DNA of 44,679 bases from a candidate division WOR-3 bacterium (GCA_037441285.1 JBBISL010000015.1:1-44679); one strand, 5' to 3'. Positions 18,481-30,100 are shown, numbered from the stretch's first letter. A program made the numbers and translations. Notes: generated by a model not told the origin, from the letters alone.

Positions 18481-21400
18481 TTAAAAAAATGCCCGTAACT
18501 CAAAACTTAATTCCTGTTCTGCCGCTCGTCCCGGCCGGTCAGTGTAGTTGTATCTTCCGGTAGCGCTGAAAATTTCACTGAAAAGCTGCTCCAGTTCTAC
18601 CCCGACCTCTGGTACCAATCCCAAAGGCTGATTCAACTCCACATCCCAGGGTAAAACCGCAACCGATGCCCGGCGATAGGTCCCACCCGCCCTGATGCGC
18701 AATTTTGTCTGTTTACCAAACGAACTGCTTCTTGCCACCCAGCCTTCAAACGCCTCAAGTCGAAATCTGCCCAGTTCCGGGTAAGCGAGCGGCTCGCTCA
18801 ACTCCTTGGGTTCGTAAGCCAGAGTAACCTCCAGCCGCAATTGTTTGCCAACAACCGGGGAAAAAGAAAAACGCCACCCTTTTTCCTCATAGTCAATTTC
18901 TCCGGAAACCAGTCGCCGGGTTCGCTCCGCCCGCTCCACTCTTCCCTGCAACTCCAGTTCTTTAAGTGCACCGCTTGCCATCTCAAGAAACGCCCGATAA
19001 TGCGCCGTTCCTCTACCTGTAAAGGTAAGGGTTCGGTCCTGACTGCGGTCAATAGAAAAACCCGCAGTTGGGCTAAAAACCGGTACAAAAGAGTTCAATT
19101 CGGCGCGCAGGTCGGTCCGAAAAAGTTCACTCAACAGACCGGTATCCGAGCGGGTCCAGTTGCGGCTAAAAGAAAGAGAAAGGTTTAGCGGCTCATAACG
19201 ACTGAACTCGACCATCCCGTTCCACACCAGTTCCTGCGCTGCGGCAAACCTGCCGAGAAAGACCACCACTCGCTCGTAATCTCCATCCGGTGAAGGCAAA
19301 TAACCACCGGTAATTGAGTCGCGCACATACTGCCCCTGACCCGGTCCAACATAGCGGAACTGTTCATCGCGTAACTGCACCTGACGAAAAGACTGGCTTA
19401 AATCGGTTGCCAATCTCACCCCCAAAACCGGATTCCAGACGGTGTTTATGGTACCGAAAATCCGCCTCCAGTTCGAATTGGTCGAATCGTAGTAAAAACG
19501 CATCTGATAACCCCCAACCCCTTCCAGGTTCAATCGCTCCATTAAAGACCAATCCCAGTTCAGGTTTAACATTCGGCTTTCCCCACTACCAAGCCACCGG
19601 GAAATTAAGGAGTCTTTCTCGTCAAAGTAAACCAATTGAAAACCCGCGCCACCGAAAAACCTTTCCCCTGGCTTCAGGTCAACCCCGATGTCCCAACCCC
19701 GATTGCGCTCCCTGCCCTGTTCCTCAAACACAAATCCAGAAAGGGGAAACAGCCAGAAAATACGCGGTGCAACAGTTGCACCAACCCGGAAAAAATTATC
19801 CACCTTAAACCCATCAAGGGTTAAGAATCCTATCCTGCCCCTTCCACCCACACGTACCAACTCCCTACCTGAAAATTGCTCCATTCTGCCTGCATCGCCG
19901 GTAAACTCCAGCCAGTTTAATGGTGCGACCCGGACAAAAAACTCGTCGCTCTTCTTCCGTTCCTCCTGATGGCTGCCCGCCCAGCGGTAGGAAAAATCGA
20001 CCTCCTGTTTAGCGCCGGGAAAAACAAACCCGGTCCCGGCGACCCGGTGCCGATACTCTATTCCCCAGATTGTATCCTGCCAACCTAAATTCAGATTCAA
20101 ACCTCCACCCTGGTCACTCGCCCCATCCTGAGCAAATAGATTCGCACTCCTTCGGCTTAAAGCCCCCTCAACTGCCCCCCGCAATTTGCCAAGGTCAAAA
20201 ACCATTTTCCCATAACCCACCTCCTGCCTTTTCGGTAAAACAACCCGGACACTGTCAACATAATTTCCCTGGTTTCTGCCCACATAGCGAAATGCCAGTA
20301 AACTGTCATCGTACACATAAGAACCAAGCGAATCTCCCTTCAGAGTAAAACGCACCTGATAGTCACCCCTGCCGCTGCCAACATACCGAAAATGACCTTC
20401 CTCCTGTACATAATCGCCTTTGCCTTTCCCGACAAACTTCCCACCGGGCAACCACGCCCGACTGGTATCTTTACCCAGTGCGCCCAACAACTTTTTCTCC
20501 TCCTCGCTCAAATCCAGCACCTGCATTCTGTTAGGGTCATCGCCCTCCTGAAAAAATGTCAGTTCAATGCCAAATGGACCGGGTTGAAACCCAATCCCGG
20601 CAACAACCCCACTCCGTTCATACTCACCGGTGACAAACTGGAACTCTGCCTCTATTCGGGAACGGTGGTCAATTAAGTGCCGATTGGTAAAAATTAGCTC
20701 ACCGGTAGAATAGTCAATCGTGTAATCGGCATCCCAGCCCCGCACCAGCAGCTTGCCATCAAGATAAACCTTCTCGCTCCCCGGCACAATCTCGGCTGCT
20801 CTCCCATCTGGTGCCAATGGATACGGACCCTGAACCCCATCAATGCCATTTAACAACAATGAGCCAAACTCGCCTCGTGGCTTCGCATAACCCCCGGTAA
20901 CCGAAAAATTGCCTAAACTCCCTTTAGCAACCGCACCCACTGTCCGCCGCGCCACCTTACCAAACATCCCCCCATCAAACCCCAGTTCCACATCGCCAAA
21001 ATTTCCCTGCCAGCCCCGGCCTCGCACGGCAATCGCAATCCGGTCCAGCTCCTCCAGCTCTCTTGTTGTCCCCTCGGGCGGTATTGGCGTGCTCTGGTCG
21101 GAAAGCTCCGCCTCGACAAAAACATCTTCCACCTGCCCGGAAAGAATTAGGTTTGTTGCCTGGTCAATACCAACGCCGGAAACGCTTCCGGCAGAAAATC
21201 CAAGTGACTTGCTCCCGGAAACCGTCCAGTTCCCGGATGGCTCCGCACCGATTGTATCTACCCTTGCCACAGTAATCAGCGTCTCCCCGCGCGCCGGTTC
21301 AAGCACCCTCAAAACTTCCTTCCTCAGCATTGTCCGGCGGTCACTAAAACTTATATAGCGATACACGACCCGAACGATAGCCAACTCGGGCAGGTGCACA

Positions 21401-21681
21401 AGAAAAATCACTTTTCCCTCCTGGACATTAAGCAGATACGCCGACCGCGGCAGAAGCCGAGAATTAACAAAAACCGAATCGCTGCCCAGAATTAGAACCG
21501 CCTGCACCTTACCGATTTCAAAACCTTTCCCAACCGGGTACACCGCATTTATTCCATCGGCAACAAAAACCCGTTCCCCGCGCACGCCCAGCGGCGAAAC
21601 GGGAATTTGACCGGAGTCAGTCAGAGGCGAGCGGCCTGTTAAAGTTGTTAACTGCAGAAATAGAAAATAAACTCCCAGCAT
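18481..21681 (-). CDS. Large putative outer-membrane protein of an FCB-type conserved hypothetical family with a SprA-like motif
   Basis: SGSKSLGF..LSDQSTPI.PEGTT.ELEELD; GSEKVYLDG..DYTIDYSTGELIF; amphipathic strands ending in C-terminal Phe (ELRAFF). Confidence 0.6.
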   Translation of the reverse strand: MLGVYFLFLQLTTLTGRSPLTDSGQIPVSPLGVRGERVFVADGINAVYPVGKGFEIGKVQAVLILGSDSVFVNSRLLPRSAYLLNVQEGKVIFLVHLPELAIVRVVYRYISFSDRRTMLRKEVLRVLEPARGETLITVARVDTIGAEPSGNWTVSGSKSLGFSAGSVSGVGIDQATNLILSGQVEDVFVEAELSDQSTPIPPEGTTRELEELDRIAIAVRGRGWQGNFGDVELGFDGGMFGKVARRTVGAVAKGSLGNFSVTGGYAKPRGEFGSLLLNGIDGVQGPYPLAPDGRAAEIVPGSEKVYLDGKLLVRGWDADYTIDYSTGELIFTNRHLIDHRSRIEAEFQFVTGEYERSGVVAGIGFQPGPFGIELTFFQEGDDPNRMQVLDLSEEEKKLLGALGKDTSRAWLPGGKFVGKGKGDYVQEEGHFRYVGSGRGDYQVRFTLKGDSLGSYVYDDSLLAFRYVGRNQGNYVDSVRVVLPKRQEVGYGKMVFDLGKLRGAVEGALSRRSANLFAQDGASDQGGGLNLNLGWQDTIWGIEYRHRVAGTGFVFPGAKQEVDFSYRWAGSHQEERKKSDEFFVRVAPLNWLEFTGDAGRMEQFSGRELVRVGGRGRIGFLTLDGFKVDNFFRVGATVAPRIFWLFPLSGFVFEEQGRERNRGWDIGVDLKPGERFFGGAGFQLVYFDEKDSLISRWLGSGESRMLNLNWDWSLMERLNLEGVGGYQMRFYYDSTNSNWRRIFGTINTVWNPVLGVRLATDLSQSFRQVQLRDEQFRYVGPGQGQYVRDSITGGYLPSPDGDYERVVVFLGRFAAAQELVWNGMVEFSRYEPLNLSLSFSRNWTRSDTGLLSELFRTDLRAELNSFVPVFSPTAGFSIDRSQDRTLTFTGRGTAHYRAFLEMASGALKELELQGRVERAERTRRLVSGEIDYEEKGWRFSFSPVVGKQLRLEVTLAYEPKELSEPLAYPELGRFRLEAFEGWVARSSSFGKQTKLRIRAGGTYRRASVAVLPWDVELNQPLGLVPEVGVELEQLFSEIFSATGRYNYTDRPGRAAEQELSFELRAFF

Positions 21682-22557
21682 TTATCTGCCGGGAAACAGC
21701 CCGTTTTCTCGCTCCGCCTCATTCCCGGGCAAACGGGAAAGCGCTGGCAAACGATAAAAAATCAACCGGTTCCCCTTATCCAGAATCACTAATTGCCCAC
21801 CCGTGACTGCGCATCCCTGCGGTGCTCCCGACCCGCTCAACTCATAACCCTTTAACTTATCAGCCTCATCCAGCCACAAGACCGGTTCGCCGCTTTTCAA
21901 TACCAGCGCCCGGCCCAACTTATCAGCGCATAGTATATCAACACCAGAAGGGACCTTTACCATCCCAACCACAATTCCCGCCCGATTTACCTTAACAAGT
22001 CGGTCCGATGCACTTAAGATACCCAAAACCCCGTCCGGAAAATTTGCCATTGCCCCGGGTTGCGGCAAATCAACCTTGTCCAGAAAAACCCGACTCTCGC
22101 CAAAAAGGGTCTTCAATAACACCAACTGCCGCTCCCGGTCACTTACCAGAACCTCTCCCGGAGCATAGCCCGCCAATCCGGCAACCCGCACATTACTCAA
22201 AATCCCCTGTATTGTTAGTCTGTCTTTTGCCAGACGGTAAAGAACATTATCGTCATAGAGATAAATGTAATATCGGTCGGCACCGATTCCCCGCGGCGGC
22301 ACCAGCCTTATATTCAACGGTAATGTCTCGACCCGGCTGAAACCGGCGTCAATTACGAGAACCCGCGTTCCCGAAGCACTCAAGAGAAGTAACCGCCCCC
22401 CATCGGCACAAATTGCAACCGCATCCTCGCTCAACTCTTTAACTGTTATCGGTTCCAGCAACGCGTCAGGCTTAAACGGCTCAACCTTGCCGGTTCCCCG
22501 ACATCCTGTTATAACTGTCGCCCCGCCCAAAGTTAGCGCAATAATCCAATGTTTCAC
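21682..22557 (-). CDS. Putative lipoprotein, beta-propeller-like
   Basis: Lipobox-like VITGC; short beta repeats; stop abuts the start of the next gene. Confidence 0.6.
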   Translation of the reverse strand: MKHWIIALTLGGATVITGCRGTGKVEPFKPDALLEPITVKELSEDAVAICADGGRLLLLSASGTRVLVIDAGFSRVETLPLNIRLVPPRGIGADRYYIYLYDDNVLYRLAKDRLTIQGILSNVRVAGLAGYAPGEVLVSDRERQLVLLKTLFGESRVFLDKVDLPQPGAMANFPDGVLGILSASDRLVKVNRAGIVVGMVKVPSGVDILCADKLGRALVLKSGEPVLWLDEADKLKGYELSGSGAPQGCAVTGGQLVILDKGNRLIFYRLPALSRLPGNEAERENGLFPGR

Positions 22558-22704
22558 CCCTTATTGTCGCTGGTTAATCCCCTTCTGTCAAATTCAGGCA
22601 TCTTATTCCACTCCCCATTCAAGAACTTAAATACGCCCGATCAAACCCTTTACCGCACATCAATGGGAAGAAGTTAACTGCACCTCAAAACCGCTCGGCA
22701 TCAT

Positions 22705-22732
22705 TTGCCATTTAAGTTTTGCCCATTATCAT
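22705..22732 (+). promoter_or_regulatory. Promoter of the TPR gene (probably leaderless)
   Basis: TTGCCA-16 nt-TATCAT; ATG 6 nt downstream; no SD. Confidence 0.55.
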
Positions 22733-22738
22733 TAACCG

Positions 22739-24685
22739 ATGGCAGTTGTTTTATTTGTTTTAACCGTTCTGGTCATTACCGCTGCTGGCGTAATTCTACT
22801 GTTAGTGAGGAAACAAACCCGCCTGCGTCACGAACTCCTCCTTCTCGAACAAAAGTTGTCTTTGATCGAACGGACCGCCTTCCGTAATTACTACACTCGC
22901 CTGAATCAATTTGGTCGCCGCCTCGGCATCGTTTACATTGATAGTTTAACCCACGCAAACAAAGTAGAAGTCGCCCGTCTTTTTGAAGCCGGCCTGAAAA
23001 TGGCAGAGCGCGGCGTATGGGATAAAGCCCTAAATCGTTGGGAAGAAGCAAAAAAGGAAGCAGCCGGAATTGAACTTGTTGCCCTCCATCTACTCTGTGG
23101 TGGTTGCCAGTTTTTTAACCGGAAACTCGACCTTGCGGAACAGGAGTTTATCCAGGCACTCAACATCGCCCGCAAACTCGGCTCAATCAGCGGAATCGCT
23201 GCCGCCTGTTTTCTCACTGCCCGAATCGCCCGGGAAAAAAATGACCTGTCAAAAGCCCAGACCTTGTTAAAAGAGACAATTCGCCTCAGCCGGCTGATAA
23301 AATATGCTGATTGGGAAGCGCGCGCCCTTATCAACCTTGCCGAGGTCTTAACACAAAAGAACCAAATTGAAGCCGCACTGGAACACCACCGCACCGCCCT
23401 TCGCTTACTGGAAAGTATTGGTGACCACCGGGCCGCGGTGGCTCAGTATACCGCAATCGGTGACCTTTTTTTCACCCGGGGTGAACTGGACCGGGCGCGT
23501 GCTGCCTACGAAGATGGCTTGCATATGTCACGCCAGTTTCGCAACCGACTGGGTGAAGCCGAGCATCTCACCGCCATCGGCACAATCCATCGTGCGCAAC
23601 AAGACTACAAACGTGCCATCGATGCCCTTGACCGGGCGTTGCAAATTTACCGTGACCTCAATTACCTGCGCGGACAGGCACGAACACTCTACGAACTGGG
23701 TTTGACTCATGAGCATACCGATTCCGTTGACATTGCTCGGGAATTTTTTGAGCAGGGGCTCAGTTTTGCCCGAAAAGTCAACGACCGTAAACTCATCGGT
23801 CGCAATCTCATCGGGCTTGCCGTCAACTGTATTATGCACCAAAATTATCAACGTGCTCGGACGCTTATCGATGAAGCGATAATGCTCGACCGCGAGTCCA
23901 ACCGGGAAAAAGAACTGGCCGGCGACCTTATCCTCTCCGGTCGTCTCTGGGTTTTGCAAAATGAACCGTCCCAAGGAATCATTCAACTCGAAGAAGCCCG
24001 GGAATTGAGCCGGCGCGGCGCCGACATCCGGCACGAGACAAAGGCACTTCTCGAACTCTGCCGTGCCTACCGAACCTCGGGTGATAGGAAAAAAGCCCGT
24101 GCCGCGCTCGAACAACTCATTGAGTTAACCAACCGCTCCGGAGACAAGGCAACCCTTGCTGATGCCATTGCCGAACAGGGTTTAATTAAATTCCTTGAAG
24201 GAAACGGGCAGGAAGCGTTAAAAGACCTTAGCGACGCCTTAAGCCAACACCAGAGCTTAATGAACCGTTACGCAACAATTGATGACCTTTACCACATCGG
24301 GCTGGTACTCCATAAACAAAATCAACCGGCACAGGCTAAGGAACGCCTGGAAGAGGCATTAAATCTGAGCCGCCAGTTGCACGACAATCGGCGCGAAGCA
24401 AACATTCGCCGTGCCTTAGCCGATGTCTTATATTCCCTCAACGATGGGTCCGCCGCAAAGCAGTACCTCCTTCAAGCGTTAGAACTTTTTCGTCTTCTCG
24501 ACGACCCGCAAAGCGAAGCCGACTGTCTTGTAAAACTGGGGGAGTTTCTTGCCGTCTCCCAACCCAATGAAGCACAATTTAATCTTGAACAAGCACTGAG
24601 AATCTACCAGAAAATAAAAGACGATAAAGGAATTCAAACCACAACCGCTATGCTCAGAAACATCACAATCCGATCAACGATTTAA
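22739..24685 (+). CDS. Membrane-anchored tetratricopeptide-repeat protein
   Basis: N-terminal TM followed by many ~40-aa TPR-like units (ALEHHRTALRL, AYEDGLHMSR, EARALINLA, QARTLYELG). Confidence 0.85.
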   Translation: MAVVLFVLTVLVITAAGVILLLVRKQTRLRHELLLLEQKLSLIERTAFRNYYTRLNQFGRRLGIVYIDSLTHANKVEVARLFEAGLKMAERGVWDKALNRWEEAKKEAAGIELVALHLLCGGCQFFNRKLDLAEQEFIQALNIARKLGSISGIAAACFLTARIAREKNDLSKAQTLLKETIRLSRLIKYADWEARALINLAEVLTQKNQIEAALEHHRTALRLLESIGDHRAAVAQYTAIGDLFFTRGELDRARAAYEDGLHMSRQFRNRLGEAEHLTAIGTIHRAQQDYKRAIDALDRALQIYRDLNYLRGQARTLYELGLTHEHTDSVDIAREFFEQGLSFARKVNDRKLIGRNLIGLAVNCIMHQNYQRARTLIDEAIMLDRESNREKELAGDLILSGRLWVLQNEPSQGIIQLEEARELSRRGADIRHETKALLELCRAYRTSGDRKKARAALEQLIELTNRSGDKATLADAIAEQGLIKFLEGNGQEALKDLSDALSQHQSLMNRYATIDDLYHIGLVLHKQNQPAQAKERLEEALNLSRQLHDNRREANIRRALADVLYSLNDGSAAKQYLLQALELFRLLDDPQSEADCLVKLGEFLAVSQPNEAQFNLEQALRIYQKIKDDKGIQTTTAMLRNITIRSTI

Positions 24686-24825
24686 TTCAGATACTGCTAA
24701 ATTGGGCGAAAATACTTGGCAACTGAACTGATTATTAACTGAGATTGATTATCTGCGTTACAACCGTCCATTTGCGTAAACTTAGTGATGAATACTTCTA
24801 CCTCCAGATTAAGTTTATTTAAAAC

Positions 24826-24853
24826 TTGACTACAAAATAGAGTTCGTTAAACT
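24826..24853 (+). promoter_or_regulatory. tRNA-Val promoter
   Basis: TTGACT-16 nt-TAAACT with AT-rich upstream region. Confidence 0.65.
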
Positions 24854-24866
24854 ACAAACTGATTTA

Positions 24867-24940
24867 GGGCGATTAGCTCAGCTGGTTAGAGCGCTGGTCT
24901 CACATACCAGAGGTCACCCGTTCGATTCGGGTATCGCCCA
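24867..24940 (+). tRNA. tRNA-Val(CAC)
   Basis: GGGCGAT/ATCGCCC acceptor stem, CTGGT-CTCACAT-ACCAG anticodon arm, GTTCGA T-loop; CCA not encoded. Confidence 0.95.
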
Positions 24941-24977
24941 TTAATTTTTAAAGAGTTCCTCTGCTTATATCTCTACT

Positions 24978-25331
24978 TTACTTACGCCCCGAAGACTTCT
25001 CGCCCTTAGCTTCACCCCGTGCCAGGCGGATGACTTCCCGCACATGGTACTCGCTGACTCCGTATTTTTTAGCAATTGCGTTTAGGGAAGCACCGGCTTC
25101 ATGCATCTTAACCATCGCCGCGCGCTGCGCTTTGGAGATCGTGCGGTGCCAGGCAACAACCCGACGACCAGGTTTAATCTTCATCCGTGGCACAAGTTGA
25201 CGGATTCGCTCCCGGGAAACACCAACCGCCCGAGCGAGTTCCGCCTGGGTCATACTGGCAACCTTTTTACCCAGTTTTTCGATCTTTTGGATTGCAGTGA
25301 GTGCCATACCTTTCTCCTTTTTAGCCTTCAT
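24978..25331 (-). CDS. Small basic double-HTH DNA-binding protein; first HTH resembles sigma70 region 4.2
   Basis: TQAELARAVGVSRERIRQL and SLNAIAKKYGVSEYHVREVI; GAGG RBS. Confidence 0.7.
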   Translation of the reverse strand: MKAKKEKGMALTAIQKIEKLGKKVASMTQAELARAVGVSRERIRQLVPRMKIKPGRRVVAWHRTISKAQRAAMVKMHEAGASLNAIAKKYGVSEYHVREVIRLARGEAKGEKSSGRK

Positions 25332-25365
25332 ATTTCCTCACCCTCTCTTTCTGGTTTCTTAACAT

Positions 25366-25401
25366 TAAAACTGGCGGAAAAGTTTCCAGTTCTCTTCCGC
25401 C
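25366..25401 (-). terminator. Possible terminator or leader hairpin
   Basis: GGCGGAAGAG..CTTTTCCGCC followed by AGTTTT. Confidence 0.4.
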
Positions 25402-25442
25402 CCGTTGGTCTATAACTCCCTTATTCAACTTCCTTAACTCCC

Positions 25443-26297
25443 TCACCGATTTAGAATAAATTTCCGCGTTTGCGCTTTTACAGCATCCCCTTCCAGCACA
25501 ACAAAGTAAACCCCTTGAGGTAGCCGTCTCCCATTTTCGTCCCTGCCATCCCAGTAGAAGTTATAACTACCGGAAACAAGTCTACCGCGCCACACTTCGC
25601 TACACTTGAGCCCAATCAAATTGTAAACATTTAACCTGCCATTTACTGTTCTATCAACAGTCAATTTAATTTCGACATTTTCGTTTCCCATCGAAAGAGT
25701 ATTAAGTAATACACCACGCTGACCATTCATCCCTTCTTCCGAAACCGCCCCGGAGCCCTGGTCAAACTCCGCATCATCAACATATACCACACCACCGGCA
25801 GGACTCCCGGTAAATCCGTACACCCGTAGCAAACATTTGGCTAAAACCGCGCTGTCGGGAGCGGTATCAGTCTTAACCAAACGCTGCCAGGTGTGAATCG
25901 ACGAATCGGTATATACTACCGTTGTGCTCTTAATTGCGCTCGAATCTTCCCGACACCAGGTAATCACAATTCCGCCCCGGGCGTTAACATCGTCATCAAA
26001 ATACCAGGCACTGAGGGTGTAAATAGTACCCGGGGTTACTGGAATGTACTGCTTTAAGCCGTAATTGTTTCCGGTTCCGGTCACCAACCTTGTTATCCGG
26101 CAGGCGTAAGGTGCCGAATGTATCGTATCAGCACACCGTTCGATTTTTGCCTTGGTACTGTCTTCAACAATCCAACCGTTCGGTTGGGTCGGACTTGCCC
26201 ATAACGAGAAATCGCCATTTTCCAGCAAATTCGCCCTGATAGTACCAATTCCCATTAAGATACCAAACATCACCAATCCCCGCAAACCTTTTCTCAT
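25443..26297 (-). CDS. Secreted CBM4/9-like (galactose-binding fold) protein with FlgD-Ig/T9SS-like C-terminal domain
   Basis: NLLENGDFS..VYVDDAEF domain; WDGRDENGRRLPQGVYFV tail; start ATG 26297 after GGAGGAGG. Confidence 0.7.
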   Translation of the reverse strand: MRKGLRGLVMFGILMGIGTIRANLLENGDFSLWASPTQPNGWIVEDSTKAKIERCADTIHSAPYACRITRLVTGTGNNYGLKQYIPVTPGTIYTLSAWYFDDDVNARGGIVITWCREDSSAIKSTTVVYTDSSIHTWQRLVKTDTAPDSAVLAKCLLRVYGFTGSPAGGVVYVDDAEFDQGSGAVSEEGMNGQRGVLLNTLSMGNENVEIKLTVDRTVNGRLNVYNLIGLKCSEVWRGRLVSGSYNFYWDGRDENGRRLPQGVYFVVLEGDAVKAQTRKFILNR

Positions 26298-26340
26298 TAC
26301 CTCCTCCCGCACTTCATAGCAAGCACCCATTCCTTATTCC

Positions 26341-26658
26341 TCATTCCTCATAACCGATCTTGGTAATCTTCACCCGGGTCAGCAGTTGGCGATGACCTTT
26401 CTTGCGCCGGTAATTCTCCCGACGGATGAACTTATAAACGGTCACCTTCTCACCCCGACGGTGCTCAATGATATTACCCTCAACATAAGCATTGGTAACA
26501 TTGGGCCTACCTATTATTGCCTGGTCTTCAGTGCGGACCATCAAAACATCGTCGAATCGCACCGGGCTACCCGGCTCTCCTTGCAGGCGAGGTATGGTTA
26601 CAACCTCCCCTGGTTTAACAAGGTATTGAAAACCTGCTATTTTCACCACTGCGTACAT
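26341..26658 (-). CDS. rplU: 50S ribosomal protein L21
   Basis: MYAVVKIAGFQY..YRRKKGHRQ. Confidence 0.97.
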   Translation of the reverse strand: MYAVVKIAGFQYLVKPGEVVTIPRLQGEPGSPVRFDDVLMVRTEDQAIIGRPNVTNAYVEGNIIEHRRGEKVTVYKFIRRENYRRKKGHRQLLTRVKITKIGYEE

Positions 26659-26959
26659 CTTTCTTCTCCAGTTGAGTAACTTTAACTACTTCGCTATCGG
26701 ACTTCACCGAAGTTCGATTCGCTCCCGCCTTGATTCTTCGGGCGCCAACCAAAACCAGTCCGAGTGAAGTCAACATAAACGCCACCGCCAGCGCCGATGT
26801 TATCTTCGCCATAAACGGTGCCGCACCACCGCCCCCAAATATCGACTCACCACCACCCAGTATCGTTCCCAGTCCACCTTTCTGAGGCTGTTGGATTAAA
26901 ACCACCAGCACCAAAAGGACCGCTACCAAAAGATGCAGAAAAATCAGTACACCATACAT
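26615..26959 (-). CDS. secG: Preprotein translocase subunit SecG
   Basis: Two TMs with LIQQPQKGGLG..FGG..F.AKIT. Confidence 0.93.
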   Translation of the reverse strand: MYGVLIFLHLLVAVLLVLVVLIQQPQKGGLGTILGGGESIFGGGGAAPFMAKITSALAVAFMLTSLGLVLVGARRIKAGANRTSVKSDSEVVKVTQLEKKDVRSGENSRFSIPC

Positions 26960-26980
26960 ATTCTTTTACTCCTTATCAGT

Positions 26981-27008
26981 AGATTATCAGAATCAACAGT
27001 AAAGTCAA
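26981..27008 (-). promoter_or_regulatory. secG-rplU promoter
   Basis: TTGACT-16 nt-TAATCT with TG extension. Confidence 0.5.
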
Positions 27009-27024
27009 GAGTGAATGTATCATC

Positions 27025-27795
27025 TCACTTTACCCTGCCGTAGTTGACAATGCGAACGAAACTCTCCAAATCAAGACTTGCGCCGCCCACCAACACGCCG
27101 TCAACCTCTGGCTGCGCCATTAAGCTGTCAATATTTGCCGGCTTTACACTCCCGCCATAAATGATTCTAATGCCGCCTGCTGCCTTTTCGTACCGCTCAC
27201 TAAGCCAGCGCCGGATAAAACTGTGAACCTCACCAATCTGGTCTCCGGTGGCATTTTTTCCGGTGCCTATCGCCCAGACCGGCTCATAGGCAATGTCGAA
27301 ACTTGCATCCGCCGCCACACCGCTAAGTCCCGCGGTCAACTGTTTCTTAATCACATCGGTAGTTTCCCCCGCCTCGCGCTCCTGCAGAGTCTCACCGCAG
27401 CAGAGAATCGGTCTAATCCCGTGGCGTAATGCCGCAACCACTTTAAGGTGGCACATCTCATCAGTCTCTCCCAACAGATGACGCCGTTCCGAATGCCCAA
27501 CAATTACATACCGACACCCCAGCTCAGCAAGAAAGACCGGAGAAACCTCGCCGGTAAACGCACCCGCTGCCTCCCAGAACACATCCTGCGCTCCGCAACT
27601 TATCGTGCTGGCAACCTCCTGTAAGACTTGGGCAACGGTCGGAATTGAGGTAAATGGCGGAAAAACAACCACCTCTCGGTCCTTTAAATTTCCCACTCTT
27701 TGAGAAAGCAATCGGATGAACTCACCCGCCTCCCGGGCACCTTTATACATTTTCCAATTACCCGCCACCAACGGCGGGAGTGTCTTCTCGCTCAT
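27025..27795 (-). CDS. tpiA: Triose-phosphate isomerase
   Basis: AGNWKM, GHSERR, AYEPVWAIGTG, YGGSV, VGGASL. Confidence 0.98.
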   Translation of the reverse strand: MSEKTLPPLVAGNWKMYKGAREAGEFIRLLSQRVGNLKDREVVVFPPFTSIPTVAQVLQEVASTISCGAQDVFWEAAGAFTGEVSPVFLAELGCRYVIVGHSERRHLLGETDEMCHLKVVAALRHGIRPILCCGETLQEREAGETTDVIKKQLTAGLSGVAADASFDIAYEPVWAIGTGKNATGDQIGEVHSFIRRWLSERYEKAAGGIRIIYGGSVKPANIDSLMAQPEVDGVLVGGASLDLESFVRIVNYGRVK

Positions 27796-28972
27796 TTTTT
27801 ATCGCTCAGTACCGCAACCCCGGGCAAAATTTTCCCCTCTAAAAACTCCAATGTTGCACCACCGCCAGTAGATATGTGACTGATCATGTTTTCAACACCC
27901 GCCATTTTAACAGCCGCAACCGTATCACCGCCCCCAACTACCGTTACCGCTCCTCGTTTTGTTTCCTCTGCTAACGCTCGAGCAATCGCCACCGTTCCAC
28001 GATTGAACTGGGGTTTTTCAAACATCCCCATTGGACCAGCCCAAACTACGGTCCGCGCTTCGTTTAATATCTTCGTCCATAAGTTAACCGTTTCGTCGCC
28101 AATATCTAACCCAATCCCGTCCTGCGGTATTTCAGTCACCTTTACCTGTACACCCTTTTCTTCATCAGAAGGTAGCACCACTCGCACATCAACCGGCAGA
28201 ACAATTCGCTGGTCATTAACTAAATTCTTGGTTTCAGCCATAAGGTCTTCATTATATATCGACTTACCGATATTTAAACCGCGTGCCTTCAGAAAGTTAA
28301 AAGCCACACCACCGCCGATTAGTAACTTGTCCACCATTGGAAGCAAGTTCTTTATTACCCCCGCCTTATCCGCAATCTTCGCCCCGCCAATCAGAACAAC
28401 AAATGGACGCTCTGGCGATTTAAGAACTCTACCCAGATATTCAAGCTCCTTCTCCATCAAAAAACCGGCTGCGGGTTGAGCAAAAAATTTCGCCATACCA
28501 ACCGTTGAGGCATGAGCACGGTGTGCCGTACCAAAAGCATCATTGACATAAAGGTCAACCAGTGCCGCCAGACTCTTGGCAAAAACCGGGTCGTTTTTCT
28601 CCTCTTCAGGATGAAACCGCAGATTTTCCAGCAGTACCACCGAACAGGGCGGAACCGTTTTGAGCAGTTTAACAACCTCAGGACCAGCGCAGTCAGGTGC
28701 AAAATATACCGTCTGTCTCAACAGGGTTTCAAGGTGCAATGCCACCGGTCGCAAACTGAATTTTGGGTCAGGCTTCCCTTTTGGTTTTCCCAGGTGAGAC
28801 CCGAGTACAACAGTAGCTCCCGCCTCCAGAAGCCAGCGAATGGTCGGCAGCGCCGCCCGGATTCTGGTATCATCGGCAATATTGCCCGCACCATCAAACG
28901 GGACATTGAAATCGACCCTAACAAAAACCCGCTTTCCGGCAACCGGCAGGTCGCGCACCGTAATTTTTTCCA

Positions 28973-28973
<1 letters not shown>
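27792..28973 (-). CDS. pgk: Phosphoglycerate kinase
   Basis: RVDFNVP, LLENLRF, NDAFGTAHRAHAS, GGGDT, STGGGA. Confidence 0.98.
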
Positions 28974-30097
<1,124 letters not shown>

Positions 30098-30100
30098 TTA

